Below, piece after piece: positions 1 to 11,445 of a stretch of 41,260 bases of DNA. The stretch covers positions 26,163,341 through 26,204,600 of the forward strand of contig NC_057718.1 in the NCBI RefSeq assembly GCF_004010195.1, written 5' to 3'. The DNA comes from Chiloscyllium plagiosum (lineage: Eukaryota). Numbering within the stretch: position 1 is the first letter of the stretch; each line of letters opens with the position of its first letter. Under the pieces are notes generated by a model. It was given only the letters and a program-made list of their open reading frames with translations, ran no database searches and was not told the origin of the DNA. The position numbers and the translations under genes are program-made.

Positions 1-1430
1 TCTGCAATGTACCTATGATCTTGGAGCAATGCTGCTGGCAATACCAGTCATAACTATTTGGTCCTAGTGCCTTTTGATCACCTTCTTGGAGGATCCACAA
101 CCCCCTCCGTATACAATATCTTTCTTTGTTTCTGTGGTCTTGCACTAAGATCTGTAGTTCAGTGTATGAGATCCCTGGCATTTTGTGTTTGCATGTTTGG
201 ACATTTCTTTAAGTATCACAGCTGAAGCTCATTTTTTTCACGATCCTCACCACTCATATTGTGACACTGTGTCTCCCCTACCTCCCCTTTAAGAGCTCCA
301 GTCATAATGACTGAATGGACACTTTAGGTAATGTTGACTGCATATAAGCATTGCATAAAATAACAGGTATCACAAATTTAGCAACAGAATACATGGACTG
401 GATTAACTGCATGCCACATACCTCACTCCTGTATGAGCAGGCTAACCAGCTACAATTTTGTTTAAATTTTATATTTTGATTAAAACCTTATTTTCAGCAT
501 GAGACGTTTCAGTATTTGACACAAAGAAAATAGCCGTTGAAAAAGAAAATCCAGAAGTGTTTTGAATGGTTTGTAGGAAAACTAATCTCAGATTGTATTT
601 TGCCTAAGTGTTGACACAGAGCAAATCCACAACAAGCAGAACCATACTCAAAAGAGGATACAAGAAGTCTAACAGAAACCTATTACAATAGGAATTTAAG
701 AAATCATGATGTAAGGTTTGTGATTCATATATTTTAATGTCATTCATTTTGGAGTTTGGATTATGAACTAGTGGCATGTGTGTTTTGCCTTCTGAAGCCA
801 GGATTGTAAACCAGTTCATGGCTCGTGACTTGGTACCTTCCTGGGATGATAGTAGGAATTTTGTTTGCATTGTGAGAATTTTATTATCAGTGAGATAAAA
901 CATTGCAAGTTATTTTGCTTGCTTTTCATTTAGAAGAATTAAGAATTTTTTTGTGCAGAGAAAAGCTAAAAGAATTGGAAAGCTTTATAAGCAGTTCGCA
1001 TAAAATCAGATAGAAGAGCAATTTCTCCCTGCAAAAATAGTTAATTCAGAACAATTAAGAAATGGGTTGCCTCAGTGTTAGGGGTTAGTTTAAAAGTAAC
1101 AGAGCAAAACTGTTTAATTAGAACCCTGAAGAGGTTATTTGAAACAAAGTAAGTTTAATCTGAGTTGTGTTGTGACAATGTTGGTCCTTCAACAAGATTG
1201 GGTTGTCCTTGGTTATCTTCAAAAGGATTGTACGAGGCAGAGTAGCCTATTTGTCTGGGTTTCAGACTCTTTAATTAGAGCTAAGAGATTGCCTAAGGCC
1301 ATAAAAAGGCTGAAGGCTTTCAAGTTTTAAAAAAACACACTTATACAATGACAGGAGAGTGGCCAGTTCTCCCAGCTCAACTTACCTCTGAATTGTTTTG
1401 GTTTTCGCAGTCTGGCAGTCCAGAGCAGCT

Positions 1431-1593
1431 AGGAGAAAGTGAGGTCTGCAGATGCTGGAGATCAGAGTCGAGAGTGTGGTGCTGGAAAAGCACAGCAGGT
1501 CAGAAACATTCCTGATGAAGGACATGCCGGAAACATCGATTGTCTGGCTCCTCAGATACTGCCTGACCTGCTTTGCTTTTCCAGCACCATTGA
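1431..1593. mobile_element. Short fold-back element derived from a Penelope-like terminus
   Basis: 27-bp inverted repeat tggtgctggaaaagcacagcaggtcag (1477-1503) / ctgacctgctttgcttttccagcacca (1563-1589), 1 mismatch. Similar to the Penelope end at 40813-40900. Flanked by ccagagcagct (1420-1430) / ccagagcggct (1594-1604), a candidate target-site duplication. Confidence 0.75.
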
Positions 1594-1706
1594 CCAGAGC
1601 GGCTGCTTAGTTTAAGCTGGGGAATCCACAGAAACAGCTACAGTGGAAGGAGGTTCCATGCTAAGTCTCTCTAAGTGTCTGATTTTACCTTTTCGCCAAA
1701 GGGACA

Positions 1707-2938
1707 GTTATAGAGCCATAGACTCATAGAGATGTACAGCATGGAAATAGACCCTTCGGTCCATGCCGACCAGATATCCCAACACAATCTAGTCCCACCT
1801 GCCAGCACCCAGCCAAACCTTTCTCCATTCATATACCCATCCAAATGCCTCTTAAATGTTGCAATTGTACCAGCCTCCACCACATCCTCTGGCAGCTCAT
1901 TCCATACACGTACCACCCTCTGCGTGAAAAAGTTGCCCCTTAGGTCTCTTTTATATCTTTCCCCTCTCACCCTAAAACTATGCCCTCTAGCTCTGGACTC
2001 CCTGACCCCAGAGGAAAGACTTTGTCTATTTATCCTATCCATGCCCCTCATAATTTTGTAAACCTCCATAAGGTTACCCCTCAGCCCCTGATGCTTCAGG
2101 GAAAACAGCCCCAGCCTGTTCAGCCTCTCCCTATATCTCAAATCCTCCAATCCTGGCAACATCCTTGTAAATCTTTTCTGAACCCTTTCAAGTTTCAAAA
2201 CATCTTTCCAATAGGAAGGAGACCAGAATTGCACACAATATTCCAACAGTGGCCTAACCAATGTCCTGTACAGCCGCAACATGACCTCCCAACTCCTGTA
2301 CTCAATACTCTTACTAACTATACTTCCTATGCTGACATTCAAATCATTTATATAAATGACGAATCATTCATCCTTTTTATGATGTTGAGGTGTCTCTGTT
2401 GAACTGGAGTGGACAAAGTCAGAAATCACATGATACCAGGTTATAGTCCAACAGGTTTATTCGAAATTGGAAGCTTTCAGCGCAGCGCTGCAAAAGCTTT
2501 TGATTTTTGCACCACCCTCTGTCTTCTACCTTTGAGCCAGTTCTGTATCCAAATGGCTAGTTCTCCCTGTATTCCATGAGATCTAACCTTGCTAATCAGT
2601 CTCCATGAGGAACCTTGTCGACTGCCTTACTGAAGTCCATATAGATCACATCTACTGCTCTGCCCTCATCAATCTTCTTTGTTATTTCTTCAAAAAACTC
2701 AATCAAGTTTGTCAGACATGATTTCCCACGCACAAAGTCATGTTGACTATCCCGAATCAATCCCAAATACATGTACATCCTGTCCCTCAGGATTCCCTCC
2801 AGCAACTTGCCCACCACCGAGGTCAGGCTCACAGGTCTATAGTTCCCTGGCTTGTCTTTACCGCCCTTCTTAAACAGTGGCCGCACATTTGCCAACCTCC
2901 AGTCTTCCGGCACCTCACCTGTGACTATCGATGATACA
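1707..2938 (-). mobile_element. 5'-truncated CR1-clade LINE (ORF2 RT region and 3' UTR) with internal deletion/replacement at ~2311-2509
   Basis: ORFs 2596-2913 (PEDWRLANVRPLFKKG..NYRPVSLTS..QHDF..GKSCLTNL..DFSKAVDKV) and 1671-2342 (LYRTLVRPLLEYCVQFWSP..LERVQKRFTRMLPG..FFTQRVVRVWNELP) are typical CR1 ORF2; tandem 8-bp tail near 1707-1730. Confidence 0.95.
2405..2508. mobile_element. Fragment of a Penelope-type short palindromic element
   Basis: caaagtcagaaatcacatgataccaggttatagtccaacaggtttatt followed by the collapsed hairpin aagctttcagcgcagcgctgcaaaagctt; assignment by resemblance only. Confidence 0.4.
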
Positions 2939-3229
2939 AATTGCAGGCATTTGGAACAGTATCATTAAGTTGGGATAATCTGTTGGGCTTTCAGACAGGT
3001 TACGTTATTCTGTAGTTTGTTCTCTTCTGTTTGTGTCTGTGTTCCATCTGGTACTCTTTAATACATTCTGTTTTGCTTAAAACCTAGGGGTTTTGACTAG
3101 CCGCATCACTCCTGGAATATCCACCTTATACCTGCTCAAAACAATTAGCAATGTTAGGATCTGGGCTGCCTTCTTGAAATGGTTTGAGGGAGTCGAGCCT
3201 GGTCCATAATAATGTCAATAATCAAGAAA

Positions 3230-3610
3230 GAGAGTATCAAGCTATTATCACTGGGAATTGAAAGGAAGCAGTTAACTTTAGATGTAAAAGAGAAGGGAAT
3301 GCGCTCTCTGTATTGTAGTATTCCAAAGTGATGCTGTTGGGAATAGATGAAATTATATTTTTCTGTGGTTTTGAAATCATTCAAATTGTCTTATATGTAA
3401 CTAGCTTAGTTTATTCTTGTTTACCTTCATTTCTTTTGTGTAATAAACATCTGTTTAACTTTAAAACCAAACCTGCAAGATTGATTGCTTATGCTTCAGA
3501 GAAAGACTACCAACTTAAATTAAGAAAATGAAACAAAAAATGATCTACCATGCTGGATTTCAGACTGAGATGACTCTTGAACAGTAGTAACAAGAGCTAA
3601 GATCATAACA
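3230..3610 (+). mobile_element. LTR-like 3' fragment
   Basis: AATAAA at ~3442 and a terminal '...agctaagatcataaca' (CA end), similar to other LTR-like ends in the window. Confidence 0.35.
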
Positions 3611-5364
3611 ATGTGAATAGAAAGGGCAGAATCTCAACTCCGGAAACCCACATGGGGGGGATATCATGAGATCATGTTAAAAATCCACTTGTCTTTTGAG
3701 GGGGCTTCACCAAGGCTGTTTAATCTAGTAGTTGCATTAGCACTCCGCTCCTTAATTTCCTGGCCATGTCAACTGCACAGACAGAAGTGCATGCTATATC
3801 TGTCAAAGGAAGAATTTCTCATTACTTGTCCTTGTCTGAATGTACATTGAAGCTTGAGCTACCACAGGAATGGAGAGGAAATCTGGAAAAGCTTGCCCTT
3901 GGACTCTTAGCTGGAATTCCTGTTGTACAATCTGAGGAACTGAAGCAAAGGCAGTGTTTGCCAAGGACAAGAGAAACATTATAGTGTCTCCCAACCAACC
4001 AGCTATGGGTGGAAATGATCAAGGACCCCAGCAGTAGGAGCATGATCTCTCCAACCTGCAGACCACTCCAACAGGACATCGGGAAGGTATGGAAAATATG
4101 CAGATTAAAACTTTCAGATGTCTGACTTCACCTGAATTCTCCTGCAACACTTTAAGACCAAAAAATCTTGCAGTTGCAATCCTTCTTTCCTCTCCAAGCA
4201 CATTCCCATTTGAACAGCCAAAGCTTACCCTCATCTTTGTACTGACATGCATCAGCTCAGTCACCCCCTAGCCTGTGGAGCAACATGAGGCTGAGAAGAA
4301 GGCAGCTGGTACATGTTGACCCTGCTGCTCTTTGTGCTTTCACTGTTGCTGCCCCTTTTGTTGCTCAGGAGAAGTCCAACATGAAGCTGCAGTGGCTGTT
4401 TTTTGCAGAAGTTGATGCTGACGTCCAGGAAAGGGAAGATCAAAGAGACTGAAGTCCGAGGCATGTAAACTAAGTTCCATTCTCCGTGAAATGGGGCATT
4501 GTTTCTGCCTGCCATTGAACAGGGCACTACAACCCTGCTTCTGCCTGGGGGAGGCTTCAAATTCATTCCTCACATTTTCAAAATAGTTCTCTTTGTTTCA
4601 ATAATTTGTTCTGTTCGCAAATGCTCACCATCAAATAGTTAAAACGTTTGGGGGAAGCAAGTCTTTAAAGCCCCTTCAAGTAGATCCTCACTAACTTCCA
4701 CATATACATTTTAATTGTCATCGCAAATACTCACACGTCTCATTAATCATTCATGTGCAAAATCTATCATCAACCAGAGATTATAGTTTGCAGTTTGTTC
4801 AAGGAATGCTTGGAGAAAATTCATATTTTGGAAATTTCTATTTTTTTTTCTATTCATTCCTTCCAAAGCTCTTTAATAAGCATATTTCTATTGCTCTCCT
4901 CCTGGCTCACTTCAGTCAGACACCATGGGGGGAAGAAAAGCAATGCATGATAGATCAGGGTAATGTTTTTTGTTCTTAACACTTCAGTTGTTGAGACGAT
5001 AGCACAATTACAAGCTAATCCTGCTTGAGTTCACTTTCTCCTCTAATGCACATGTGCAATGCGTGGAACATAGTTTTATTTTTCCAGATCAATAGCCCTG
5101 TCTGGGGGAGCTGCTGTTCAAGAATCTGGGGCAGTATCAGGGCTAGGAGCTGGACACCCTGCTCTTTCAGGAAATGTGTGCTCTTCAGTGGAGTATGTGA
5201 CAAAGCTGGTCATTCAGAGACTGGGCTTCTGAAGCAATATGTTAAAGACCAAGAGAAATGAATTCTGTTGTGAAAAAAATTCAACCTCTTTGTTCAACAA
5301 ATACTTTGATGTCAGTCTGTTAACTGTGACATGGATTTCGGTTGAAACTTCAGTGTAATTTTGA

Positions 5365-5710
5365 GGGTGTGACACAGTGGCTCAGTGGTTAACATTGCTG
5401 TCTCACAGCAGCAGGGACACAGTTTCAATTCCAGCGTTGGGTGACTGTGTGGAGTTTGCACATTCTCCCCATGTCTGTGTGGGTTTTCTCTAGATGCTCC
5501 GATTCTCTCCCACAGTCCAACGATGTAAAGGTTAGGCGGATTGGCCATGCTAAATTGCCTGTAATATGCAGGCTAGGTGGATTAGCCATGGGAAACACAG
5601 GGTTACAAGGGTAGGGGGTGTAACTGGTAGGATGCTCCTCATAGGATTGGTGTGGACTCGATGGGCTGATTGCCCTGCTTCCACACAGTAGATATTCTAT
5701 GATTCTATTC
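5365..5710 (+). mobile_element. tRNA-derived SINE (HE1/V-SINE-like)
   Basis: A box TGGCTCAGTGG, B-box-like agtttcaattcc, core tgtggagtttgcacattctccccatgtctg, CR1-like tail and short tandem end; homologous to the other copies in the window. Confidence 0.9.
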
Positions 5711-6027
5711 AATGAGTGCTGTACTATTAATGGTTTTGTCTTTTAGAAGAAACATTAAACCACAATCCCATTTTCCTCTCTGGTTGAGTTTATTCAAAAA
5801 ACAGCAGAGAGGTTCCCCATGATGTCCTATTTTGTACTGAATTCCAGTTTCTTGGGCAAGAGAGATGGTTATTAACAGAGTACCTTAAGATTCAGCTTGA
5901 AGACTATAGATACATATTAATGACTTGAACATGACAGTACAGGATACAGATGACACGAAATGAAATGTCGTGAACACTAAAGGAGATAGTAATAGACTTA
6001 AAGAGGAAATAGGCTACTGGTATTAGA

Positions 6028-6115
6028 CATAGAGTCATAGAATCATAGAGTCATACAGCATGGAAACAGACATCTTGGTCCAGCCCGTCCACACTAAACA
6101 TTTTCACAAACTAAA
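6028..6115 (-). mobile_element. CR1 3'-tail fragment
   Basis: catagagtcatagaatcatagagtcatacagcatggaaacaga matches the tails at 1707 and 23586. Confidence 0.75.
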
Positions 6116-6301
6116 TTGGCAGATGGAATTCAATTCAGAAAAGTGTGAAGGGATGCATTTTGGTAAGATGAATGAAGAGAGATGCTGCAAGGTAAATGGC
6201 ACAATTTTAAAGGAGTGTAAGTAGAGAGAGATCAGGAGTTGCAAATCTTTGGAGCTGGCAGGATATGTTTACCAAATAGCTGATATGCAAATGAGATTGT
6301 G

Positions 6302-6556
6302 GATTAGATTAGATTAGATTACTTACAGTGTGGAAACAGGCCCTTCGGCCCAACAAGTCCACACCGCCCCGCCGAAGCGCAACCCACCCCTACCCCTACT
6401 TTTACCCCTTACCTAACACTACGGACAATTTAGTATGGCCAATTCACCTGACCCTGCACATCTTTGGATGGTGGGAGGGAACCGGAGCACCCGGAGGAAA
6501 CCCAAGCAGACACGGGGAGAACGTGCAAACTCCACACAGTCAGTCGCCTGAGGCGG
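6302..6556 (-). mobile_element. 5'-truncated HE1-like SINE
   Basis: (gatta)n tail, ggaaacaggcccttcggcccaacaagtccacac, core cacggggagaacgtgcaaactccacacag; tRNA head absent. Confidence 0.9.
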
Positions 6557-6694
6557 ACTTCATTAATAGAGTACAAAAGCAGGAAGTTATGCTGAACCAC
6601 TAATTTGGCCCAGGCTAAAGTATTATCCTTGACTTTCATACTTGAATAGAGAAGAGCAATCCAATAAGATCCTGACCAATCTTGAAAAGAAAGT

Positions 6695-7960
6695 CACAGA
6701 ATTGTTACAGTGCAGAAAGATGCCATTCAAACCAATGTCCCTGCCCTGACTCGTTGAATGGCTTTCATTCGGCATCATTACCTTGTGCCAACCTCCTGCT
6801 TTTTCCCATTCCTTTACACGTTATCATTATCTAAATAATCAACCTTTCAAATCTTTCAAATGCCTCATCTGAACCTTCCTCCACCACACTTCCAAGTAGT
6901 GCATCCACATCCAAGCTATTCACTTCATCTCTGCTTCTTCAATAGATCACTTTAAATGTATGCTTTCTCTTAGTCCTTTTACAAGCAGAAGCAATTTATT
7001 CCTATTTACTCTATTCAACCCGCTCGTAATTCTGAAAATCTCTATCAGATCTGCTCTTGACCATCGTCATCATAACAAGAATAGTCCCAACTGCTTCAAT
7101 ATTTCCTCATAACTGAAGCTCTGGAACCATTATTGTAAATGGCTTTTACACTCTCTGCAGTGCATTCACATCTTTCATTCAATATGGCGCCTAGAACTGT
7201 GTACAATACTTCAGTGGAGGTCTAACAAGTAGCTTATGCAAATTCAACATCACCTCCTTGCTTTTGTGCTGTATGTCCCTTTCAATAAAAGCTAGGAAAC
7301 TGTATACTTTACTTAGTGCATTCTCTAGCTGTCCAACCATTTTGATGATTATGCACATATACACCAGGTCCTTCTCTGCCTGCACATCACCCTTGGAACT
7401 GAGCCAATTATTGTATAATGTCTTTAGAAGTTCTTCCTACCAAGATGGATGACCTCATGCTTCTTTGCATTGAAACCGAGTTGCCAAGTCCATCAACTTA
7501 TACCTGTCCTTCTGGAATTCTACACTGTTCCCCTTACAGTTTACAGTTCTTCCAAGTTTTGTGTCATCTGCTAACTTTGAAATCTACACGCCAAGATCTA
7601 GATTGTTAATATATATCAAGAAAAGAGAGGGTCCCAGTCCAGACCCTGGGGAATGCTGCTACAAACCTCCCTTCAATTCAAAAAGTATCTGTTGACCATT
7701 ACTGTCTATTTCCTAATGCTCAACCAATTTTGTATCTGTGATGCTTCATACCCTTTTATTCCCTGACCTGTATCTTTGCTCGTAAGTCTGTTGTGTGGCA
7801 CTTATCAAATGCAGTCTGAGATTCCATGTGCACTACATCCACAGTGTTACCCATCAAGCCTTTTGTTGCTCCTTCAAAAAAAACTCCAGCAAATTAGTTA
7901 AACATGATTTCCACTTTAGAAAGTCCTAATCAACCTACCAATTTCCATGTAGTGATTAAC
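6695..7960 (-). mobile_element. Degenerate CR1 LINE 3' portion
   Basis: ORF 7191-7385 (SKEVMLNLHKLLVRPPLKYCTQF) with surrounding degenerate RT sequence and a CR1-like tail. Confidence 0.85.
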
Positions 7961-8904
7961 TCCACCTTGTCAATTAAGCAGGGGCTCAGGTGCTTTACCG
8001 GATCCATGAATTTCTGGTCTCTCAGCCACAAATTATATTATGGGGTGCTAGAGTGGTTGGATGGCAGGCATAGTCTGGCATGAGGAATATCTTTTGAGCT
8101 TACCTTTCGAAAAATTCCCTCATGCAGATTATGCTTTATGACAACTCTGGCATGCTATGGACTAATGAGTCTTTAGACAGTTGGCCTGACACTATGAGAG
8201 TTGCAGAGGGCTAGGAGATTACAGTTACTGCGCTGGAGCCTCTCCAGTTGCGAGCGCTGAGTGCAGACTTGCACCTATATAAGCTAATACCTTAAAAAGA
8301 CATTCCTCAAATCAGAGCGCTTGGGAATAGTGTTGGAAATCCTGGAATTGGGGCCTGCCCACCTGACTTCGCAGAAATCCAGGCAACTGTGTCCAATTCT
8401 AGGCACCATGTTTTGAAGGTTATGAAAGCTTTAGGTAGGGTACAGACAAGATTAATTACAATGGTTCCGGTGCTGAGGAGTTACTGTGAATAGACTGGTG
8501 AAGCTTAGCTGCTCTCATCAGATTAGAGAAGACTAAAAGGCAATTTTATCGAGATGGTTAAAATTAAGGGAAACTATTTCCAACAGTACAGGATTGATAA
8601 CCACATGGCACAGATGTAAGGTATTTGGCAAAGTAAGCAGACCACATGAGGACAAATTGATTTTTCGCTCAACAAATTGCCAGAATTTACAGTGAAAGGC
8701 TAATGCAAACAGCTTCAGTATTGACGTTCAAAAAGGAACTGATTAAATACTTGAAGGAAAGAGAATTGCAGGGTTACTGCAATAAAGTGAAAATACAGGA
8801 GTAATTAGATTGGTCTTCAAGAAAGCTACGCAGACTCGAGATCCTGAATGGCCTCCTATTGTGCTGCACTTCTGCAATTCACTATTTGTCCCTCAAACGA
8901 CATT

Positions 8905-9056
8905 ATGGATAAACAAATTATCTAGTTGTTATTTTGAGCAAATGAGCTGCAGTGCTTCCTATGGTGACTTAGATTTCAAAAGGATTTAATTGGATTTAAA
9001 GTATTTTGGAATACCCTGAAGTTATGAAAGGTGCTATATAAATGCCAGTCTTTCTT
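8905..9056 (+). mobile_element. 3' part of an old DeuSINE/L2-tailed SINE (SacSINE1/AmnSINE1-like)
   Basis: ...ttcaaaaggatttaattggatttaaagtattttggaataccctgaagttatgaaaggtgctatataaatgccagtcttt resembles the recalled gaaaggcgctatataaatgcaag tail of this family. Confidence 0.55.
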
Positions 9057-10274
9057 TCAGATGGTGTTAGAATTGATGTTAGCATTGATACACTGAGGTC
9101 AAGTACATTTCTGACTCACATTTCAATGATCACTTATGGTCACTTTGATGAAAATCAGAACCAAAGAAAACCAGATAGGATATATGTCTACAAATCAATT
9201 TAAAGTTCTTTCTTAAGTAAGGTTTTACACTTCCAGTCACTAACCTATGAAATTCCAGTTGAAATCCAACTAGGAATGCTTAACATATCCATACTAACAA
9301 TCTTTGTGCACAAATTGTGCATAGACTTTAACCTACTGAAAGTAATATATAGATCGCAATAGCATTATTCGTATTTGAATGTGAATGTTACCAGTCAAAT
9401 GTTGCACTCTATGGAGGAGGTTGCCATCTAGTGCAGTCAATAGGGATTTGATTGAAGCCTGGGACATTGAAAATAGAAATGAGCACATTCCTGATTTAAC
9501 AGAGAATACAGGACATGAAGGCAGCAGAATGGTGACAAACATCTGAACTTCTTGAAATATTTCATTACTTTCCTCTTTTTGCAACAATAAAAACATTGCA
9601 CACTTTGTTGTCTCTCAATTATGTCTGTTCCAAAGTTTTAAGTCTAATTACAGAGTCTAATAGATCTTGTCAGTGCTGTGGAAGAATATCCCACAGGCAA
9701 TTCAATTTTATTTACAATTTACTGACAGAGCTCTTTGAAAAATTCAACATTATGTTGATTATGATCTTTAAAAACTTATAGTTGATATCTAATTCAGATT
9801 GGGATCAAGAATTATAAGCAATAATTGAAAGCCATATAAAACATCATGGTACCTAAATTAAAAATATAGAATGAAATTAAACAGCCTATGTTCCATAATA
9901 TAGGACTTATGATTAATTAAATATTCTGCTGTTTAGTTGATTTATCTTCTGGGAACAGTAGGGGAGAATCCTTGAAAAATTGCATTAGGTTCAATAAATG
10001 CATGTTAATTTACATTACACCTGGCCAATGGAAGGAGCAAGTTTGAAGAGATAAATTCACTACATCCTCTGTTTTCTCCTATGATAAAATAAGACCATAA
10101 CTTTCCAACTTATCCCTCAGAGGTTTTTGTCCAATGAGTTGTTACAGAAAGCCAGTTGGTGAAGGATAGAACTGGAGTTAATTCATAAATACTTTTCTAA
10201 GCATTTCTATACAAAATGCCAACTAATAACTCGTATGCTTACTACCATTGTTGCAATATGTTCATTAGTAACTA

Positions 10275-10350
10275 TTTTTAATCAACCTAGACAGGTTGGG
10301 ACTAGTCCATCTAGTACAGAGGAAGGGATATTACTACTGTGCCACAAAAT
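10275..10350 (-). mobile_element. Degenerate short tRNA-headed SINE fragment (same family as 37830-37940)
   Basis: Shares aatcaac...agggatattac(t/c)a(c/t)tgt..caca with 37830-37940; reverse strand has A-box-like tggcacagtagt. Confidence 0.45.
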
Positions 10351-10879
10351 CCCTTCTCCATCCATCTACACAAATGACTCTCTAACTAATGCCTGGTGAT
10401 TTAGGTGTAATTAATATTTAGTTAACATGAGCCCAATATCATCCAAATGCTAATCCCATTAAATGTTATTAGCATATGGTCAATTTAAAAAATGCTATAC
10501 ACAAAAGCTTTTAGCAGTGGTTTTAGAAACTATTCTGACCCCCAAAGACTCTCAATTAAAAACTAACTCTTGTAATATGTGAAAAGCAATGCTGACACTA
10601 ATTGTAAAATAAGATACAGCCTTCTAACTTTAACTTACAGCTTAATCAAATCTCATTTACTCAAAAACACAACCTCAAGCTGGTTAATTCTTCAGCAGAT
10701 GGGAAGATCTAAATGAACTGGAGGTGAAAACAAGAGACAGGAGGAGAAAACGACATATCTGCCAGCTTTAATGCCACCTCAGTTTAAGATGGTCATCTTA
10801 GGTTATGTATTTCAATCTCTAAAGTGAGGGTTAATCCAAATGTCCCATCAGGGATGAGAATGTTCTTACTAAGCCTAAC

Positions 10880-11048
10880 CATAGAATCATAGAATTCCTA
10901 CAGTGTGAGGAAACCTACACAAGCAAGGGCAGAATATGCAAATTTCACACAGACAATCGCTGAAGGGTATTGAACCCAGATCCCTGGCACTGTGATGCTC
11001 CCAGATCATCCCAGATCATTGGCTAACCACTGAGCCACTAAACTGCCC
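10880..11048 (-). mobile_element. Internally deleted HE1-like SINE
   Basis: Tail catagaatcatagaattcctacagtgtg joined directly to the core aggaaacc..gcaaatttcacacagaca and head ttgaaccc..ctaaccactgagcca. Confidence 0.8.
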
Positions 11049-11314
11049 AAAACCTGGAAAGTTATGATGTTTCACATCTAGCTGGAGAACATCCCACCCT
11101 TCCCCGCTTTTATTTGAAGACCATTTAAGTACGGCACATGGAATTAGGAGTTAGGCTGCAATTTCTTTTAGCAAGAACTGAATCAAATAGTTCTGTTTTT
11201 TTGTCAATGATATTGTGAAATCTTACAGCACAGAGGGAAGTCATTATGTTCATTGTGCCTGTATTGGCTCTTTGCAAGAGTTATCCAGTTAGTCTCACTC
11301 CTCTGTATGTAAAT

Positions 11315-11445
11315 TAAAGCAGAATACTGCAGATGCTGCAGATCTAGAATAAAGTACAAAGTGCTGGAGGAACTCAGAGCATTTGTGAAGAGAGAAATGG
11401 AATTAATGATTTGAGTCCAGTTTGACTTCTTCAGAACTGAAAAAA
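11315..11445 (-). mobile_element. Penelope-terminus fragment inserted in a CR1 tail (~11215-11305 and ~11490-11610)
   Basis: tactgcagatgctg..tgctggaggaactcag..tgtgaagagagaaa..gacttcttcagaact, similar to 30147-30232 and 14659-14823. Confidence 0.6.

Larger units (their letters stand above)
1055..3208 (+). mobile_element. Solo-LTR-like element split by a Penelope-derived insert and a CR1 LINE
   Basis: Non-coding sequence reads continuously across the inserts (1055-1430, 1594-1706, 2939-3208), with a TATA-like 'ccataaaaagg' and an end '...cctggtccataat' similar to the 'cataaca' ends at 3610 and 18309. Boundaries approximate, family by resemblance only. Confidence 0.45.
5880..8885 (+). mobile_element. 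Old CR1 LINE 3' region, fragmented by younger insertions (pieces ~5880-6025, 6116-6300, 6557-6640, 8385-8885)
   Basis: Degenerate YINDL..DDTK, WQMEFNSEKCEGMHFG and QKQEVMLN motifs, then CVQF-like sequence and a CR1 3' UTR; colinear across the inserts. Confidence 0.7.

Noticed and set aside
604..903. 99-aa minus-strand ORF and other short AT-rich ORFs
   Set aside because: No recognisable domain; lengths expected by chance with alternative start codons.
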